Made by a program: the position numbers and the translations under genes | The notes under the pieces: generated by a model | What the model was told of the DNA's origin: nothing | Database searches by the model: none | What the model saw: only the letters and a program-made list of their open reading frames with translations | Sequence record: AF056270.1 | Length of the DNA: 529 nucleotides | Source: a phage | Reading direction: 5' to 3' (one strand) | Shown: positions 1 through 529 of the stretch, in pieces | Layout: each line of letters begins with the position of its first letter | Position numbering within the stretch: the stretch's first letter is position 1

Positions 1-19
1 CCCCACTTCAGTAGGCACC

Positions 20-316
20 ATGACTATTAATGATAAGGAGATAGATCCCGAACAGTATAAGCTGTATTCTGATGGGGTTATACTTCTTAAATTTAACCCT
101 CCGGAAGGTTATATGGACGTAGAATATACACAAGGTGGATTTAATCCAATGCCTGAAGATCTCAAACTTGCAGCATGTATGCTAGTAGATCATTGGCACA
201 AACAAGATTATCGCCAAGCTAAAACAATTGGTGGTGAAACAGTAACATTCAATAATACTAAATCTGGTATTCCAGAGCATATTCGTACTATTATTGAAGT
301 ATATAGGAGAATATAA
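20..316 (+). CDS. Putative phage head-tail connector / head completion protein (gp6-like, Phage_connect_1-type), 98 aa; 5' boundary uncertain
   Basis: Seen in sequence: ATG at 20 to TAA at 314-316, the only long ORF in six frames. The C-terminal half contains LAACMLVDHWHKQDYRQ (aa 50-66, nt 167-217) and IPEHIRTIIEVYRRI (aa 84-98). From memory these resemble two motifs of gp6-like connector proteins of siphophages: a hydrophobic helix ending in HWYENRE, and a C-terminal P-x-x-hydrophobic-x-x-LL-x-x-YR. The N-terminal 49 aa do not match the usual helical N-terminus of that family as I remember it. The reading frame is open back to the window start (no in-frame stop in nt 2-19) and there is no good Shine-Dalgarno before ATG 20 (only AGG at 13-15), so the true start may lie upstream or depend on coupling to an upstream gene (stops at 12-14 TAG in frame 3 and 28-30 TAA in frame 1). 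Confidence that this is coding is high; confidence in the family assignment is moderate. Confidence 0.55.
   Translation: MTINDKEIDPEQYKLYSDGVILLKFNPPEGYMDVEYTQGGFNPMPEDLKLAACMLVDHWHKQDYRQAKTIGGETVTFNNTKSGIPEHIRTIIEVYRRI
305..310 (+). promoter_or_regulatory. Shine-Dalgarno (AGGAGA) for ORF2, embedded in the last codons of ORF1
   Basis: AGGAGA at 305-310 with a 5-nt spacer (ATATA) before ATG 316. The same bases encode the terminal Arg-Arg-Ile of ORF1. This is the classic coupled-operon arrangement. Confidence 0.65.
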
Positions 317-486
317 TGTCTCTTTCTGATCTAGCTAGACAAATTATTAAAGAGCAGCTAGATACTGCAAGCCGATCTGAGAACAATAAGAATACTGTTG
401 TGTACTCTGTTGAAACAGGATTAAAAGATCCTACTACAAATGTACTGTTGCTCAGTATCTTTAAGTTTTCAAAACCGTATCACTAG
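316..486 (+). CDS. Hypothetical small protein, 56 aa (MSLSDLARQIIKEQLDTASRSENNKNTVVYSVETGLKDPTTNVLLLSIFKFSKPYH), translationally coupled to the upstream gene
   Basis: Seen in sequence: ATG at 316-318 overlaps the ORF1 stop by one base (TAATG at 314-318). AGGAGA at 305-310 lies 5-6 nt upstream of the ATG. The frame is open for 56 codons to TAG at 484-486. Same strand and similar AT-rich codon usage as ORF1. It is not in the supplied ORF track, presumably because it is below a length cutoff. I recognise no family for it. Confidence 0.5.
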   Translation: MSLSDLARQIIKEQLDTASRSENNKNTVVYSVETGLKDPTTNVLLLSIFKFSKPYH

Positions 487-513
487 ATCTCCTCACTTAG
501 AACACTCTATATT

Positions 514-529
514 AAAGGAGTACCCCCAT
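514..529 (+). promoter_or_regulatory. Shine-Dalgarno (AAAGGAG at 514-520) plus probable truncated start codon (AT at 528-529) of a downstream + strand gene
   Basis: AAAGGAG at 514-520 is followed by a 7-nt spacer (TACCCCC) and AT at the last two window positions. If the next base is G, this is an ATG with near-ideal spacing. The frame-3 stop at 513-515 means this frame opens only here. It is inferred because the codon is cut by the window edge. Confidence 0.4.

Noticed and set aside
103-115. Internal in-frame start at Met32 (ATG 113-115) preceded by GGAAGG (103-108)
   Set aside because: The spacer is only 4 nt, and the sequence is adequately explained as ordinary coding (Pro-Glu-Gly-Tyr-Met). 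There is no reason to prefer a truncated product.
394-450. Short direct repeats ACTGTTG / TGTACT (394-412 and 441-450) inside ORF2
   Set aside because: They are very short, sit within coding sequence and are explained by repeated Val/Leu/Tyr codons. They are not distinguishable from chance.
20-486. Toxin-antitoxin interpretation of the overlapping small gene pair (98 aa + 56 aa)
   Set aside because: The gene order and size alone are not diagnostic. ORF1 has connector-like motifs, and ORF2 shows no recognisable DNA-binding or toxin motif that I can identify. This cannot be supported without homology searches.
1-500. Imperfect direct repeat CCCCACTTCAG (1-11) and CCTCACTTAG (491-500) flanking the two-gene unit, as possible recombination or cassette boundaries
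   Set aside because: The match is only about 9 of 11 positions with an indel, and the spacing to the respective downstream start codons differs. In 529 bp of biased composition this is within chance expectation, and the window edges are arbitrary.
508-513. TATATT resembling a -10 promoter element in the ORF2-downstream spacer
   Set aside because: It lies directly against the downstream Shine-Dalgarno, so a transcript initiated from it would begin at or after the RBS. There is no matching -35 at appropriate spacing. This is most likely AT-rich background.
487-527. Rho-independent terminator after ORF2
   Set aside because: There is no GC-rich inverted repeat followed by a T-run. CTAGATCT and CCTCAC do not form a stable stem-loop.
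425-529. Possible programmed frameshift from ORF2 (frame 1) into frame 2, which is open from 425 to the window end and contains an ATG at 440
   Set aside because: There is no canonical slippery heptamer or downstream structure in the overlap. The frame-2 peptide (MYCCSVSLSFQNRITRSPH...) has implausible composition. A clean RBS plus start at 514-529 explains the downstream region more simply.
1-529. Minus-strand genes or RNA genes
   Set aside because: The reverse strand is densely interrupted by stop codons in all frames on my reading, and none appears in the supplied ORF track. No tRNA-like or rRNA-like conserved segments or CRISPR repeats are evident.

Overview
This 529-bp AT-rich window (about 36% GC by hand count) is almost entirely coding on the + strand. 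It holds two tightly packed, translationally coupled genes. ORF1 (20..316, 98 aa) carries C-terminal motifs that I associate with the gp6-like phage head-tail connector family. ORF2 (316..486, 56 aa) is absent from the supplied ORF track; it overlaps the ORF1 stop in a TAATG junction and is preceded by a strong AGGAGA Shine-Dalgarno. An AAGGAG followed by AT at the 3' edge suggests a third gene starting at 528. Codon usage (ATA Ile, AGA/AGG Arg) and gene packing fit a structural module of a low-GC Gram-positive phage or prophage. I see no convincing evidence of a novel defence or other system here. The items most worth checking are the unlisted 56-aa ORF, the atypical N-terminus of ORF1 with a short internal repeat, and a local excess of GATC/CTAG palindromic tetramers. 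No rRNA, tRNA, CRISPR or mobile-element signatures were seen. All functional calls rest on motif recollection, with no database search run.
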